In this document: positions 1-9,630 of the stretch, piece after piece
Position numbering within the stretch: the first letter of the stretch is position 1
Layout: each line of letters begins with the position of its first letter
IMG/VR virus record: IMGVR_UViG_2740892523_000006
Direction: 5' to 3' (one strand)
Source of the DNA: a virus
Taxonomy: Duplodnaviria > Heunggongvirae > Uroviricota > Caudoviricetes
Length of the DNA stretch: 55,003 nt
Made by a program: the position numbers and the translations under genes
Notes under the pieces: model-generated
Databases searched by the model: none
The model's input: only the letters and a program-made list of their open reading frames with translations
What the model was told of the DNA's origin: nothing

Positions 1-458
1 GACAGTACAAAAGAGGCACTCACCGCGCTCAGTTCGCTGCACTGCTCAATGCGCCAGCGGCTGATCACCTCCTGCTCCGGATCGGCGTCGCTGTTTCCGT
101 TGACGAAGTTCACCGCATCCAGAAAACGGGCGTAAACCTTACGCCGGACCACCGTTCCGCCGACCAGACTCTGCAGGTCTTCCGCCATCCCCGTGACCAT
201 GCCGTGCAGGTTAGAAACCGTCAGTGTCGGACGGGCAGAACTGCCCTTGCCGTTCAGTTCAAATCCCGTCCCCTGAATGGGGTATGCCTGATACTGCCGC
301 CCCTGCCAGGTAACCGGCTCACCTTTTTCGTTCTGCTCATTACAGAAAAAATAACGTTCACCACCGACCTCTGTCAGATCGATTTCCCAGAGCACCGCCT
401 GGGCTGACTGAGTGAGGCGTGTCGTCTCATGATGTGTTTCCTGTGGAATATCCTGCAT
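1..458 (-). CDS. L: Lambdoid minor tail protein L, N-terminal part (gene runs off window start)
   Basis: Manual translation from ATG at 458 gives MQDIPQETHH...VLWEIDLTEVGGERYFFCNEQNEKGEPVTWQGRQYQAYPIQG, matching recalled lambda gpL; directly downstream of M. Confidence 0.75.
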   Translation of the reverse strand, partial: MQDIPQETHHETTRLTQSAQAVLWEIDLTEVGGERYFFCNEQNEKGEPVTWQGRQYQAYPIQGTGFELNGKGSSARPTLTVSNLHGMVTGMAEDLQSLVGGTVVRRKVYARFLDAVNFVNGNSDADPEQEVISRWRIEQCSELSAVSASFVL

Positions 459-467
459 CAGAGCCTC

Positions 468-797
468 CTATGCCACGACCTGTTCAAAATCTGCCGTTAT
501 GGTTACCCACAGCGCCCCCACGCTTGCCGACCATTTACGACAAACCACCCTGATCGGTTTCCAGTCATAAGGTGGCGTCCACTGAAATGCACGGACGCCA
601 CCGTGCCGTTCCAGAAAGGCTTTTAAAGATGGGTGTTCACATTTACGAACACGTATCGTCACGCTGTAAGTCGACAACTGGTTATTCAGTCCCGCCGCAC
701 GACGCTGTTCATAACCATCGCCCAGCTTCACTGTCACCACTTTCGGCTCTGATACCACATTCATATCCGGGCGCACTTTCCAGTGAAACGTCTCCAT
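468..797 (-). CDS. M: Lambdoid minor tail protein M
   Basis: 109 aa, METFHWKV...AFQWTPPYDWKPI...ADFEQVV closely resembles recalled lambda gpM (109 aa); position between H and L. Confidence 0.85.
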   Translation of the reverse strand: METFHWKVRPDMNVVSEPKVVTVKLGDGYEQRRAAGLNNQLSTYSVTIRVRKCEHPSLKAFLERHGGVRAFQWTPPYDWKPIRVVCRKWSASVGALWVTITADFEQVVA

Positions 798-2161
798 TAC
801 CGATATGCTCCACTTAACCGACCACCATCACGGGCCTGCTGTTGCATAAAGTCCGCTGCCGCTTTTTTCCCGAGGTCATAAACCGCCTTCAGGGCAGCCG
901 GACCTATCTGCCCGTTCGTGCCATCGTTATTGATCTCGATGTTGTACTGCGGGGAAAACATCGCCATACCTGAACCCCCAATATCCGCCACAACCCCCAG
1001 CTTACCGTCAGCACCACGACGCAATGGCAGAATGGCTTCAGGTCCCGCTTCCCCCATCACACCCGCGCCTTTTGCAAAAGCAAAAAACGTCGGACGGTTA
1101 ACCACCGTGCCACTGTAACGACTCAAATCAGCAGACTGATAAATCCCCCCATTGGCATTCAGGGAAAGGCTGCTGAGATCAAATCCCAGTACACTGCCAA
1201 TCCCTTTTATCGATTTCATCATGGTTGCCTGCGCCAGGATTTTCGCCATATCTGACAGCACAGAAGAGGTGAAGGATTTGAAATTGAGTTTGCCGGTAGT
1301 GACAAAAGTTGCCAGGCCATTTCCCATGTTGCTGAAGGCTGACGAGAACACCTGTTCTGCTGTTTCTGCCGTATTATCTGCATCCACGGTAAAATCCTGA
1401 AATGCACGCAGGACTCCGTTTTTCCAGTTACCCTGTACAACTTCAAGCTGTTGCCAGTAACGGCGATTCTCATTCAGTTGTCGGTTCAGGCTCTCCGTCA
1501 GCGCCTGCTCGGCCTTTCTGTAGTCATCCGTGTTATATGTCCCTTTCTGCTCACTATCCCGCCTCAACTGCTCCAGCTGTTGCTGGTATTTCTGGCGAAG
1601 ACTCAGTTGTACCTGATATCGCTGTCGCTGCTGATCACCCATACCCACCGTGGCGATATCCAGGTCATGTTGCTGACGCTGAGCGCGCTCTTCTTCAGCC
1701 AGTTGACTGGTCAGCTGAATTGTTTTTTTCTTCAGCTCGTTGAGTGCCGTCTGTTTCTGAAGCTCCTGCTGTTTTACATCCAGCAGCGTCAGTGCCTGAA
1801 TCAGTTCATCTTTACGGGCCAGCACACTCTTTTCATCTGCCGTCAGTTTTTTCCCGTCCAGGTCGCTGATGCGCTGCTGCAGAGCCAGAAGCTGTTTACG
1901 CGCTTCTGTCATCCTTTCCGTGGCAATGCCTGCTGACTGTCTGGCAGCAGCAATCTGTCCTTCCACCTGTGCCTGTTGCTGACTGTACTGCAGCAATAAC
2001 CGGGTGGCCTCATCATTACGGGTTTCGCGTGTTTTTTTCTTACCGGATGCCAGGGCTTTCTCGTAACGTTCATTTTCACGTTGTATCGCCGCATCCCTGA
2101 CAGCCTGATCGGCGTACTGCATGGCATTAATACGCGCTATTTCACGCTGATTATAGCGCGG
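797..2161 (-). pseudogene. H: Lambdoid tail tape measure protein H, C-terminal fragment (gene interrupted by Mu-like prophage)
   Basis: ORF 797-2287; C-terminus INNDGTNGQIGPAALKAVYD matches recalled lambda gpH C-terminus; its first ~45 codons read through the Mu-like right-end repeats. Confidence 0.75.
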
Positions 2162-2240
2162 CGATTTTTTTGATACCGATTTGCATTTCATTTGATACCG
2201 CTGAAAAACGCCGATACGCAACTTATTTGATACTAAATCG
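2162..2240. repeat. Mu-like right-end terminal repeats (putative transposase binding sites)
   Basis: TTTGATACCG at 2169-2178 and 2191-2200, related TTTGATACTA at ~2226; closely spaced as for Mu R1-R3. Confidence 0.55.
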
Positions 2241-2279
2241 GCGCTTTTCTTTTGAGTTTTAGAATGAGTTTTTAAGCGC

Positions 2280-3017
2280 TCATTCACTCTCTTTCAAACC
2301 AGTTTTAACTGTTTGTGGTTTTGGGTAAGGCTGGACTTTGAATAGCTTTGTGTTGAGGCGTTTTCTGGCCCTCTTGTTCAGAAACCGGATGTAACGAAAC
2401 TGTCGGAACTTATGAACACTGGCTCTGTCAATATTAGCCCTCAGATGTTCACCTCGTTGTCCGCCTCGTTTAATGGCATTCCTGCAAATCTCGTGATACC
2501 ACTCGCCATCAAGTTCATAGAATATTGATTCATGGCTGCCTACATAATCAAAATTGCTTGCCTGATACACGACACCAAGACAGCCACAACGCTCATCTGC
2601 AAACGACTGAACCCACTGTACCTGCGGATAAAGCTGCCTGATTAGCTTGAGCGCGTAACTGATTGCCCTTGATTCGGAGTTTCTCGGCATACAGTCATGC
2701 AGCCATAGCCGGTTAAGCTCCATATATTCTCGGTTCTGCGTACCCGTTACGACGCGTGCACCACTGTTTGGGTTAAGGGCGTAACCCCATTGCATTACGC
2801 CAACAAGTTCCCGTTCTGAAAATATGCCCAGATGAAGGTAGGAGTTATTTACGAAACGGTGGCTGTAATGTTTATTGACGATGACCAGTCTGGCCAGCCA
2901 GCAACTTATTGTCTCAACCCGCAACTCACGGGAGCCATAACCAACGATATTGTCGTTATAGCGAATAAGTTCAGGCGTGCTGATGATTCGGGATGTGACT
3001 TGCTTTCTGTTCCCCAC
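2280..3017 (-). CDS. mom: Mom-like DNA modification protein
   Basis: 245-aa ORF immediately downstream of and overlapping a Com-like zinc-finger gene, ~120 bp from prophage right end, as in Mu; sequence identity to Mom not verified. Confidence 0.6.
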   Translation of the reverse strand: MGNRKQVTSRIISTPELIRYNDNIVGYGSRELRVETISCWLARLVIVNKHYSHRFVNNSYLHLGIFSERELVGVMQWGYALNPNSGARVVTGTQNREYMELNRLWLHDCMPRNSESRAISYALKLIRQLYPQVQWVQSFADERCGCLGVVYQASNFDYVGSHESIFYELDGEWYHEICRNAIKRGGQRGEHLRANIDRASVHKFRQFRYIRFLNKRARKRLNTKLFKVQPYPKPQTVKTGLKESE

Positions 3018-3216
3018 GACAGGATTTCCTTGTGTATGTGGGGTGCTCTGTGGCGCTCGGAGATGTGATTTGATTGAGGGTTTTACAGCGCGGACATTTT
3101 ACTTCCAGATAACTGAAACTGGCCCGTGCCAGTAGCTTATTGCAGTGTCGGCACCGTATGTTTCGATACATGACCGCATAACCTCCTGCTTTGTTGTTGA
3201 TGCCTTTCTCATGCAA
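2971..3216 (-). CDS. com: Com-like zinc-finger translational regulator of mom
   Basis: [10 protein letters not shown]...EVKCPRCKT...EHPT matches recalled Mu Com CxxC...CxxC pattern; TTG start at 3216 or ATG at 3171; overlaps mom start. Confidence 0.7.
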   Translation of the reverse strand: MHEKGINNKAGGYAVMYRNIRCRHCNKLLARASFSYLEVKCPRCKTLNQITSPSATEHPTYTRKSCRGEQKASHIPNHQHA

Positions 3217-3218
3217 TC

Positions 3219-3235
3219 GATCGACAAAAACGATC
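3219..3235. promoter_or_regulatory. Paired GATC (Dam) sites upstream of com/mom
   Basis: GATC at 3219-3222 and 3232-3235 just upstream of com start; Mu mom promoter is controlled by Dam methylation of clustered GATC sites. Confidence 0.4.
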
Positions 3236-3582
3236 GATTCGATTTGTTTAATTGATACAACAAATAGATTGAAAAGTCATCAACAATGATTCAGGGAGGT
3301 GATTATTTACTTAAAGAAAACGAAGAGTTAGGTGGTGAAAACGATCATAAAATGATCATTTTATTGACTTTTTATACAGTGAAGGTAGGATCACGCGTAT
3401 ATGTAGTATGTTTCAAATCAACAGGATACTACATAAAAGTGAAACCCAGCATAGCTGGAACTATGCTGGGTCAATCTGTAAAAACTTGCATCAATGCTTT
3501 ACTTCGAGCTCGTGGCGTATCCTATGATATTCCCCGGTCTCCTGTAAAGCAGAGATGCATAAAAAGGAGATCTTTATCATGG

Positions 3583-3750
3583 ATGAAAGAGCCTGTTTGC
3601 CCTGCCTGTAAGACTCCCTTACAGCTCATCTATCGCCGTTCTCGATCTCAAAATGGCAAGACATACAAACCCAAAAATGCTTCCTGTTTCAGGATGCTGA
3701 TATGTCCTGCCTGTTCTCCCAGGAGGGAAAATACACAAAACGTGCATTAA
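3583..3750 (+). CDS. Possible small zinc-ribbon protein (CPxC...CPxC)
   Basis: AAGGAG at 3564-3569 ~13 nt before ATG 3583; MKEPVCPACKT...ICPACSP; lies inside a longer 154-aa ORF of doubtful coding quality. Confidence 0.25.
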   Translation: MKEPVCPACKTPLQLIYRRSRSQNGKTYKPKNASCFRMLICPACSPRRENTQNVH

Positions 3751-3788
3751 CAAACTCACCCGGCAGGGAAACCTGCCGGTCGGTATTG

Positions 3789-4034
3789 TTACATCATAGT
3801 ACCGTCAGTTCCGGGCTGAACCGGCTCTGGTTGCTCTACGGGTTGAGGATCATTTTCCGTGCTGTTTTCAGCCGGAGAACGGCCAACCATTCGGGCCAGC
3901 ACTTCATCAACATATGCGTCGATTTGTGCCTCAAAATCCTTGCGAACCTGCGCCTTCAGCACGCGGTTCACTTCTTCAGAATAAAGTGCCTGTTTGACAA
4001 GCTCTTCAGTAACCGTGCCTTTAATCTCTGGCAT
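3789..4034 (-). CDS. Hypothetical protein (81 aa), downstream of esterase gene
   Basis: ORF in same orientation as esterase; acidic Pro-rich C-terminus; no family recognised. Confidence 0.4.
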   Translation of the reverse strand: MPEIKGTVTEELVKQALYSEEVNRVLKAQVRKDFEAQIDAYVDEVLARMVGRSPAENSTENDPQPVEQPEPVQPGTDGTMM

Positions 4035-4069
4035 GAATATTCTCCTTTTGCAGGTATATTGCCCCGTTA

Positions 4070-4252
4070 TCAGAGCGGGGTCGGGTCGTTTGGGGATGAC
4101 GGTGCCTGTGCTGTTTTACTGAGTTTTTCAGCTGCCGCATCATCAATTTTACGGCGAATATAATTTCTGATGACCTTATAACCACCGCTCACCAGATATA
4201 ACGCACTGACCACAGCGCAGAAATAAAGCAGCATTGTATGAACGAATGTCAT
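4070..4252 (-). CDS. Hypothetical small membrane protein (60 aa)
   Basis: N-terminal hydrophobic stretch LLYFCAVVSALYLVSGG then charged tail; same strand as esterase. Confidence 0.4.
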   Translation of the reverse strand: MTFVHTMLLYFCAVVSALYLVSGGYKVIRNYIRRKIDDAAAEKLSKTAQAPSSPNDPTPL

Positions 4253-4364
4253 ATAACCTTACCTTTGATATTGACTACATAATTCGTTATCGGGTAAAAA
4301 CATCGAAGCGACTGATAACCACTCCTTCGGGAGTATTTTTATTTTCCTTTATGGGTTAGGTAGC

Positions 4365-4400
4365 TCCCGCCAGCCATATCATGACCGGCGGGATTTTTTT
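4365..4400 (+). terminator. Candidate intrinsic terminator facing plus strand, abutting esterase stop
   Basis: CCCGCC...GGCGGG stem followed by ATTTTTTTATT on plus strand (4366-4403). Confidence 0.35.
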
Positions 4401-6438
4401 ATTCTGTTACCGCTTTTTTCACTTCCACCACAATGCTGTCAATCAGCACCGGGTAAGTTGCATTTTTTGTGATATCCGTTACGCGGAGTTTGTCCACCGG
4501 GAAAGTTCCTACTGGTGACTGCGTCAGGGTAAACGCGGCACCATCCTGACCATCAATAACCGGAATAACCTGAAGGCTGTTATTTCCTGCAAAACGGAAG
4601 GCCAGCGTATGCCATTCATTATCAAATGCACCAAAGGTTCCCAGTTTCTGGTTATTTGTTGCCACTTTTGCATTGTGGTACATCACATTCAGGTCTTTTG
4701 CGTCTGTCTGGATGTAGAACGATGCCAGCAGATTATTCCCTGCATCCCCTGTCAGGGTGACACCCTGCGGCAGAGAGGAAACCGGCCAGTAAAGCCCCAT
4801 GACATACTGGTTTGCCACCAGGTCGCCAGGTACTTTAAAACGACAACTGATTAAACCACCATTTTTCAGCAGTTCAGCACCAGTACCGGCATCATGATCC
4901 AGATACCAAGATGATTTACCTGTTTCCTTGGTCAGTTTCATTGCCTTACCACCTGTGCCTCCTGCATCACTGATAATTTCAGCTTTACCGCCAGCCGGCT
5001 CCCAGCCCTGGGCTTTCAGATTTCCTTCTGACTCACTGACACGATAAGACAGCAGTGTTGTGGTTACTGCTTCAGTTTCTGAAGGTGACGGCACTGGTGC
5101 TTCAGTTTCAGAAGATGGAACATCGGCTTTTACTGTGGTTCGCCCCGCATGAGTCAGAACTGCCGTGGCCAGACGGTCGGAAATAATCCCACGACGTGCC
5201 CATGAACTGAAATGGCTGGCCCGGTCCGCAGATGTCCAGGTGGCGGCACTGTTACGCCACGTTGAGCCGTAATAACCAATGGATTCAATATCCGGGTCTT
5301 CTGCCGGATTGTTGGTGGGTACATTCGCGTCATTTTCATCTGTCATTAATGGAACGAAATGAATGTTTTTATCTGTTTTGTTTTTGTAGCCGCCATAGAT
5401 TGCCTGGTATGCCGGTTCATTTTTCTGTTTCCAGAAATACGTGGTATCGCCACAAATCCACGGAACGCCAGCAGCACTGCCACCGGTACACTGTTCCGCC
5501 TGTTCAGCCAGGTCTGCGCGGAATTTTTCCACCATCGCCAGAAACAGCGCGGAATGCTCCGTCGGCTTCGCATCAATATCAAACTCGCCCTGCATCCACA
5601 CCACAGCAAGCAGGCGGTTTTTCGGGTTCTTCGCCAGTGCCGCTTTTGTCCGGCTGATTAAGTCCTTATACAGCGGCTTATCCACACCCCAGCGGGCTGA
5701 GTCCTCTGAAGCACCCGTGCTGTCACTGTACGTGCCGTCAGCACCCGCCGTGAATGCAGAACCACCACGGCAGCAGGGAACCAGCAGAATCCCCGCATCT
5801 GCCGGAATAAACGGCAGCAGTTTTTTGGCAATGTGAAGCCCCTGACCCACGGTGCCATATTGCCCTTTAGCCACATCCGCTTTCGGGTGATTTTTTCCAC
5901 TCATATCCTGCACATCATGCAGACAGTGGTCGGCCAGAATGATGTCGTTATACTGACAGGCTTTACCTCCCGGCGTGACTGTACTGCGACGGGCTAACTG
6001 CATAATACGCGGTTCGGGGCGGTCATATGTCTCCGGCAGTGGCAGACCTTCACCGTAAGCCATACCGTTTGACTGACCAGCAAGAACCACCACGTAATAC
6101 CAGGAAGGGGAGCTGGAAGCAGTTTCATTTCCTGACGGACGGGTATGTGTTTCAGCATTATCCCAGTCTGACGGTTCAGCAGTACCGGCAACATCAGCAC
6201 TTAACGGAATGACCGCACCAATACCCGCTCCGGTAATTTCCACACTCGGATCACCGGATACTGGCCTTACCCACAGGCAATCCCGTGTATTAAAACTGAT
6301 GAGACAGTCAGCAAATGTCATTCCTCCTTTTGTTTCGGCCGGAGGAAAGGGAGCCTCAAGAAATGCCGCTGTACCACCGGAAACTTTAACAGTAAAGTTT
6401 CCGGGCATTGATGATAGTTGAACCCATTTGGACGTCAT
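4399..6438 (-). CDS. SASA/SGNH-family carbohydrate O-acetylesterase with C-terminal lectin-like domain (NanS-p-like cargo gene)
   Basis: 679 aa; VVVLAGQSNGMAYGEG matches the GQSN esterase motif; SETEAPVPSPSETEAV linker; beta-rich C-terminal ~230 aa; no signal peptide. Confidence 0.65.
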   Translation of the reverse strand: MTSKWVQLSSMPGNFTVKVSGGTAAFLEAPFPPAETKGGMTFADCLISFNTRDCLWVRPVSGDPSVEITGAGIGAVIPLSADVAGTAEPSDWDNAETHTRPSGNETASSSPSWYYVVVLAGQSNGMAYGEGLPLPETYDRPEPRIMQLARRSTVTPGGKACQYNDIILADHCLHDVQDMSGKNHPKADVAKGQYGTVGQGLHIAKKLLPFIPADAGILLVPCCRGGSAFTAGADGTYSDSTGASEDSARWGVDKPLYKDLISRTKAALAKNPKNRLLAVVWMQGEFDIDAKPTEHSALFLAMVEKFRADLAEQAEQCTGGSAAGVPWICGDTTYFWKQKNEPAYQAIYGGYKNKTDKNIHFVPLMTDENDANVPTNNPAEDPDIESIGYYGSTWRNSAATWTSADRASHFSSWARRGIISDRLATAVLTHAGRTTVKADVPSSETEAPVPSPSETEAVTTTLLSYRVSESEGNLKAQGWEPAGGKAEIISDAGGTGGKAMKLTKETGKSSWYLDHDAGTGAELLKNGGLISCRFKVPGDLVANQYVMGLYWPVSSLPQGVTLTGDAGNNLLASFYIQTDAKDLNVMYHNAKVATNNQKLGTFGAFDNEWHTLAFRFAGNNSLQVIPVIDGQDGAAFTLTQSPVGTFPVDKLRVTDITKNATYPVLIDSIVVEVKKAVTE

Positions 6439-6537
6439 AATAATCAGCCTGTTCCTGAATAAACTGAATTATCATATCCACAGACCGATAAACGCCATTT
6501 TGCGTTAATTCAGTAAAGGCCCAACAAAGGGAGCGTC

Positions 6538-7098
6538 TTATTTTTCCGAAACGCTCGCAGGATAATAACGATAAAGGGTTGAAAGGCCGATATCAAAAAT
6601 AAGTGCCACCTGTCTTCGACTGACACCCCCGGCCAGTAAACGCCCGACCTGCTCGTATTGTTCCTGCGTGAGACGACGGGGTCTGCCGCCGGTTCGTCCC
6701 CTTTCACGGGCAGCTGCAAGACCAGCCCGTGTCCGTTCGACAATTAATTCACGCTCCATTTCTGCCAGCGCACCCATTATGTGAAAAAAGAAGCGCCCCA
6801 TGGGGGTTGACGTATCAATGTTGTCAGTAAGACTACGAAAATTTATCCCCTGTTGCTGTAATTCATCTGTCAGCGCAACAAGGTGGCGCATACTGCGCCC
6901 CAGCCTGTCCAGTTTCCAGACCATCAGTGTGTCACCGGGTTTTAGTTTCTTCAGTGCCCGCTTCAGTCCCGGCCGCTGTGTCGTTTTACCACTCATTTTA
7001 TCTTCAAAAATCTGCTCACATCCTGCACATTCCAGCGCATTTCTTTGTAAACCTGTGTTCTGGTCATTTGTTGATACGCGTATATAGCCAATCAGCAT
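6538..7098 (-). CDS. gin: Gin/Pin-family serine DNA invertase
   Basis: 186 aa, MLIGYIRVSTNDQNTGLQ...GINFRSLTDNIDTST...C-terminal HTH; resolvase/invertase N-terminal serine signature; adjacent to invertible segment. Confidence 0.9.
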   Translation of the reverse strand: MLIGYIRVSTNDQNTGLQRNALECAGCEQIFEDKMSGKTTQRPGLKRALKKLKPGDTLMVWKLDRLGRSMRHLVALTDELQQQGINFRSLTDNIDTSTPMGRFFFHIMGALAEMERELIVERTRAGLAAARERGRTGGRPRRLTQEQYEQVGRLLAGGVSRRQVALIFDIGLSTLYRYYPASVSEK

Positions 7099-7154
7099 GT
7101 ATTTACCTTCCTTAAAAAGAGGTGGAAAGGCCTTTTAAAGCAGATATACGGCAT

Positions 7155-7185
7155 CCCTGAAACCTCGGTTTACGGGATACTGTAA
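7155..7185. repeat. gix-like inversion crossover site (gin-proximal)
   Basis: AACCTCGGTTTACGGGATAC at 7161-7180 is an inverted copy (18/20) of 8526-8545 and resembles recalled Mu gix core AAACCTCGGTTTAC. Confidence 0.7.
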
Positions 7186-7523
7186 ACAGGGCCGCGAATG
7201 CCCTGCCATCGAACGGAGCGGCTGTTGCAGCGAATAAACTCGCCACTCCAAGAAATATTAATGGTGTCCCATTTGACGGAACGCAGGATATAAATATTAC
7301 ATCGGGGATGACGCAGTCTGTGGCTGACTCACGTTATGTTCAAAGCATTCGAAGAGGTTCAAGGTCAACGATTGGAATGCAATATAATATTTTTGAGGTT
7401 CCTGACGGATGCGTACTTACAGGGCTTGATGTCGCTGGTGATGGTAATGCAACGGTAACCGCATATTATCGACCTGTTCAGTTTCTGATAGATGGTTCGT
7501 GGAAAACAGCTTCCAGCGCATAA
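7161..7523 (+). other. Silent alternative tail-fibre C-terminal cassette (Sv-prime), no own start codon
   Basis: Frame open from 7161; translation NLGLRDTVNRAANALPSNGAAVAANKLATPRNINGVPFDGT... parallels S residues 194-321; would be fused to S constant part after inversion. Confidence 0.65.
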
Positions 7524-7602
7524 AAGTGCAGTAGTTCAAAAAACAGATTATCTGAATAAATATATGATGATTTTGTCTTTTCAACAAAAACAAGGTGAAA
7601 TA

Positions 7603-8124
7603 ATGGAGCTTATTAACGTAAAACGATATTACCCGGAACACAAACCCTATGGTGAGGATGTTCAGTATTTCCAGAGTGAGGACGGAAGGGATTTTTATGA
7701 ATCTATCCCGCTTTTCACAAAGAAATACAAACTCTGTATTTCGCCTGTAACGGGTATTATCTGCTCTGTTGCTGAAGATGTCTCTGCTTTATATCCGGCA
7801 GGTTTTACTGTTGTTGAAGTGGACGAACTGCCGGAAGGTGTGAATATTGACGGTAACTGGCAGTTTTCTGATGGCCTGATATCAAAGGTGCCGGTAAACT
7901 GGAAGACGGTTGCTGAAAAGCGCCGCTCATCGCTGCTCCAGGAAGCCAACGAAACTGTGGATGACTGGAAAACGGAATTAAAACTGGACATGATTAGCGA
8001 TGAAAATAAATTACAGCTGACGCGCTGGATGGCGTATATCCGACAGCTTAAAGAAATGCACTTTAATGATATTGCCAGTGAGGGGCATTACCAGGCGATT
8101 CCCTGGCCGGAAAAACCGGAATAA
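7603..8124 (+). CDS. Tail fibre assembly protein (U-prime-like), inside invertible segment
   Basis: Starts MELINVKRYYPEHKP after AAGGTG; C-terminus QLTRWMAYIRQL...AIPWPEKPE typical of tail fibre assembly chaperones. Confidence 0.7.
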   Translation: MELINVKRYYPEHKPYGEDVQYFQSEDGRDFYESIPLFTKKYKLCISPVTGIICSVAEDVSALYPAGFTVVEVDELPEGVNIDGNWQFSDGLISKVPVNWKTVAEKRRSSLLQEANETVDDWKTELKLDMISDENKLQLTRWMAYIRQLKEMHFNDIASEGHYQAIPWPEKPE

Positions 8125-8158
8125 TTCAGAGGGTGCATTCAGCACCCTTTTCTGTGGT

Positions 8159-9070
8159 TTACACTGAACTTACCGTTCTCCAGGCATTATTAATATAAAT
8201 CTGAACCGGGCGATAATAGACCCCACCGATATTGTCCGCAGACCGGGAGCCGGTTTCCTGCACGTTAATTCCGGAAAGCATACAACCGGAAGGTGCGCTG
8301 TAATTCCATGACATTTCATTGCCTCCGGGTGAATGATAGCTCTGTGCTCCAAGCTGAACATTCTGTACATACCGGCCATCTGCGGTTGACTGCGTCATTC
8401 CTGACGTGATGTTGATATCCAGCGTTCCGTCAAAAGGAACACCATTAATATTTCTTGGGGTGGCGAGTCTGTTTGCTGCCACGGCGGTTCCACCCGATGG
8501 CAGGGCATCAGCAGCCTTATTTACCGTTTCCCGTAAACCGACGTTATCGATAAAAGCGCCTTTATCCGGAATGTCTGCGCCGTTCTGCTCCCTGCGCAGG
8601 TAACGGTTATCACCTTCGCTTTTGCTGTAAACATCCAGATTATTACGGGCGGTTCCCGCATTCTCCAGGTCGGCAAGGTTCTGATCCTTCGCCAGAGCAT
8701 TAACGTCACCGGGACCAAGACTGTTTTTTGTGGCAAGCGCCCCAAGACCAAGATAACCACGGGCAAGACGCTGGGCTTCCGCACCGGCATCAGCAATTTC
8801 TTTCAGGTTGTTTTTCCGGGAAAAGGCATTCGCAGCGATAATGGCTTTAATGGACAGCGTAAGCTGGTTTAACTGCGCCTTATCCGGCTGAATACTGGCT
8901 TCAGCCAGAATATTCAGCAGTTCGGCCTGGAGAATATTCAGCCAGTCCTGACCAATCCAGCTGATACCTTTTTGTCCGTCACCTTCGGTAAACCAGGTGG
9001 TGGTATTACTCTGCGCCGGTGCCAGCGCAGGCATATTCGCCACGCCGGAATTATTATCAACATGGAACAT
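8159..9070 (-). CDS. Tail fibre protein (Mu S-like; constant N-part plus invertible C-terminal part Sv)
   Basis: ATG at 9070 overlaps upstream stop (TAATG); C-terminal 127 aa lie within invertible segment and are homologous to Sv-prime cassette. Confidence 0.75.
   Translation of the reverse strand: MFHVDNNSGVANMPALAPAQSNTTTWFTEGDGQKGISWIGQDWLNILQAELLNILAEASIQPDKAQLNQLTLSIKAIIAANAFSRKNNLKEIADAGAEAQRLARGYLGLGALATKNSLGPGDVNALAKDQNLADLENAGTARNNLDVYSKSEGDNRYLRREQNGADIPDKGAFIDNVGLRETVNKAADALPSGGTAVAANRLATPRNINGVPFDGTLDINITSGMTQSTADGRYVQNVQLGAQSYHSPGGNEMSWNYSAPSGCMLSGINVQETGSRSADNIGGVYYRPVQIYINNAWRTVSSV
8522..8550. repeat. gix-like inversion crossover site inside tail fibre gene
   Basis: GTTTCCCGTAAACCGACGTT at 8526-8545, inverted repeat of 7161-7180; coincides with codons ~193-200 (DNVGLRET) where the two cassettes begin to align. 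Confidence 0.7.
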
Positions 9071-9630
9071 TAAATATTCTCCTCTTCGTGACTGTTTGCA
9101 TACACGTAAATAAACGTCTGCCATGCAGGCTTATAACGGTTCAGAATACATTCCAGCGCACCGCCTTCATAAATACGCAGCGGCGTGAGAATATCATCCA
9201 GCACATTCATATTCCGGTAGCCGGTTTCACTGTTAATCGTGACAATACTGACCCACTGTGAATCCGGTGATGGCTGAATATCTATTTCATAACCAAACTC
9301 TGCCGCAAACCGGATATAAAATTCACGGTTAAGAGAGGGTTTCATCCGGTATTTATTCCCGGCATAACGCTGACGCTCCTGAATGGTTGCGCCGGTCATA
9401 TCACATTCCGGTAACCCCAGATAACGCTCCCAGTCTTCCAGCAGCAGACGGGATGAATCAGGAAAACGTTCTGCCAGCATCTGGTTACCGGTCCAGGAAA
9501 CACGCTCCGTGGAATGACTGAGGCCCAGGCACAAAGCCGCAAGAACGGATGACGGCCGCTTATCCCATGCCAGCCCGTCAGGCAGCAACTGCAACAGGGC
9601 GCGCTGATGCGGGGTCAGGGTTACAGCCAT
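9070..9630 (-). CDS. Tail/baseplate protein (Mu gp48 position)
   Basis: 186 aa between baseplate J-like gene and tail fibre; assigned by synteny. Confidence 0.55.
   Translation of the reverse strand: MAVTLTPHQRALLQLLPDGLAWDKRPSSVLAALCLGLSHSTERVSWTGNQMLAERFPDSSRLLLEDWERYLGLPECDMTGATIQERQRYAGNKYRMKPSLNREFYIRFAAEFGYEIDIQPSPDSQWVSIVTINSETGYRNMNVLDDILTPLRIYEGGALECILNRYKPAWQTFIYVYANSHEEENI

Noticed and set aside
2140-2170. 5-bp target-site duplication flanking the Mu-like insertion
   Set aside because: I compared 5-mers around both inferred junctions (including TTCAC and TGATT matches) and none is consistent with both the end motifs and the tape-measure reading frames; exact boundaries remain unresolved.
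3702-4163. 153-aa plus-strand ORF
   Set aside because: It overlaps two more plausible minus-strand ORFs and has Cys/Arg-rich, low-complexity composition.
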